A stretch of 9,528 bases of DNA, taken from Octopus sinensis (lineage: Eukaryota). The notes under the pieces were generated by a model. The model was not told where the DNA came from and searched no databases. It saw only the letters and a program-made list of their open reading frames with translations. Every line of letters starts with the position of its first letter. Position 1 is the first letter of the stretch. Location: assembly GCF_006345805.1 (NCBI RefSeq), contig NW_021828022.1:1-9528 (forward strand). Reading direction: 5' to 3'. Positions 9,246 to 9,528 of this stretch are shown in pieces. Made by a program: the position numbers and the translations under genes.

Positions 9246-9528
9246 GGCTGTGTGGTAAGTAGCTTGCTTGCCAGCCACATGCTTCTGGGTCCAGTCCCAC
9301 TGCGTGGTACTTTGGGCAAGTGTCTTCTACTATAGCCTCGGGCCGACCAATGCCTTGTGAGTGGATTTGGTAGATGGAAACTGAAAGCCTGTCGTATAAA
9401 TGTATCTATATATGTATGTGTGTGTATATGTGTGTGCGTCTGTGTTTGTCACCCCAACATCGCTTGACAACCGATGGTGGTGTGTTTACGTCCCGTAACT
9501 TAGCGGTTCGGCAAAAGAGGCCGATAGA
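9246..9528 (+). mobile_element. SINE family B, least diverged copy, running off the window end
   Basis: tRNA-like head (GGCTGTGTGGTAAG...GGGTCCAGTCCC), CORE-like TACTTTGGGCAAGTGTCTTC, internal TA/TG microsatellite (about 9395-9437), then 3' body. Serves as the in-window reference for the split copies. Confidence 0.88.

Noticed and set aside
8779-9319. Short ORFs sharing the peptide GKQATYHTA
   Set aside because: Translations of repeated SINE family B sequence, not genes.

Overview
Eukaryotic, repeat-dense, gene-free window. I recognise the SINE families from memory as octopus-type, so the host assignment is an inference. The centrepiece is an apparently full-length Tx1/L1-group non-LTR retrotransposon on the minus strand (about 2487-7127). 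It has a short low-complexity ORF1 and an ORF2 with APE endonuclease, reverse transcriptase and a C-terminal CCHC finger. It has no poly(A) tail and both ends abut a (GATA)n/(TATC)n array. That array appears to be the internal microsatellite of a tRNA/CORE-like SINE whose two halves flank the LINE. ORF2 has about 10 frame breaks but no in-frame stop when stitched by hand, which points to long-read indel errors rather than decay. The left 1.8 kb is a nest of insertions: SINEs, a hAT-type MITE, a 654-bp ORF1-like retroelement with a perfect 14-bp TSD, and a 28-bp tail-only insertion with a 16-bp TSD. Five retroposed elements end in a similar small stem-loop (4-bp stem, CTnnT loop) followed by an A-rich tail, suggesting a Tx1-driven LINE/SINE mobilisation system. 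The right 2 kb is simple repeats plus further SINE copies. No host gene is supported.
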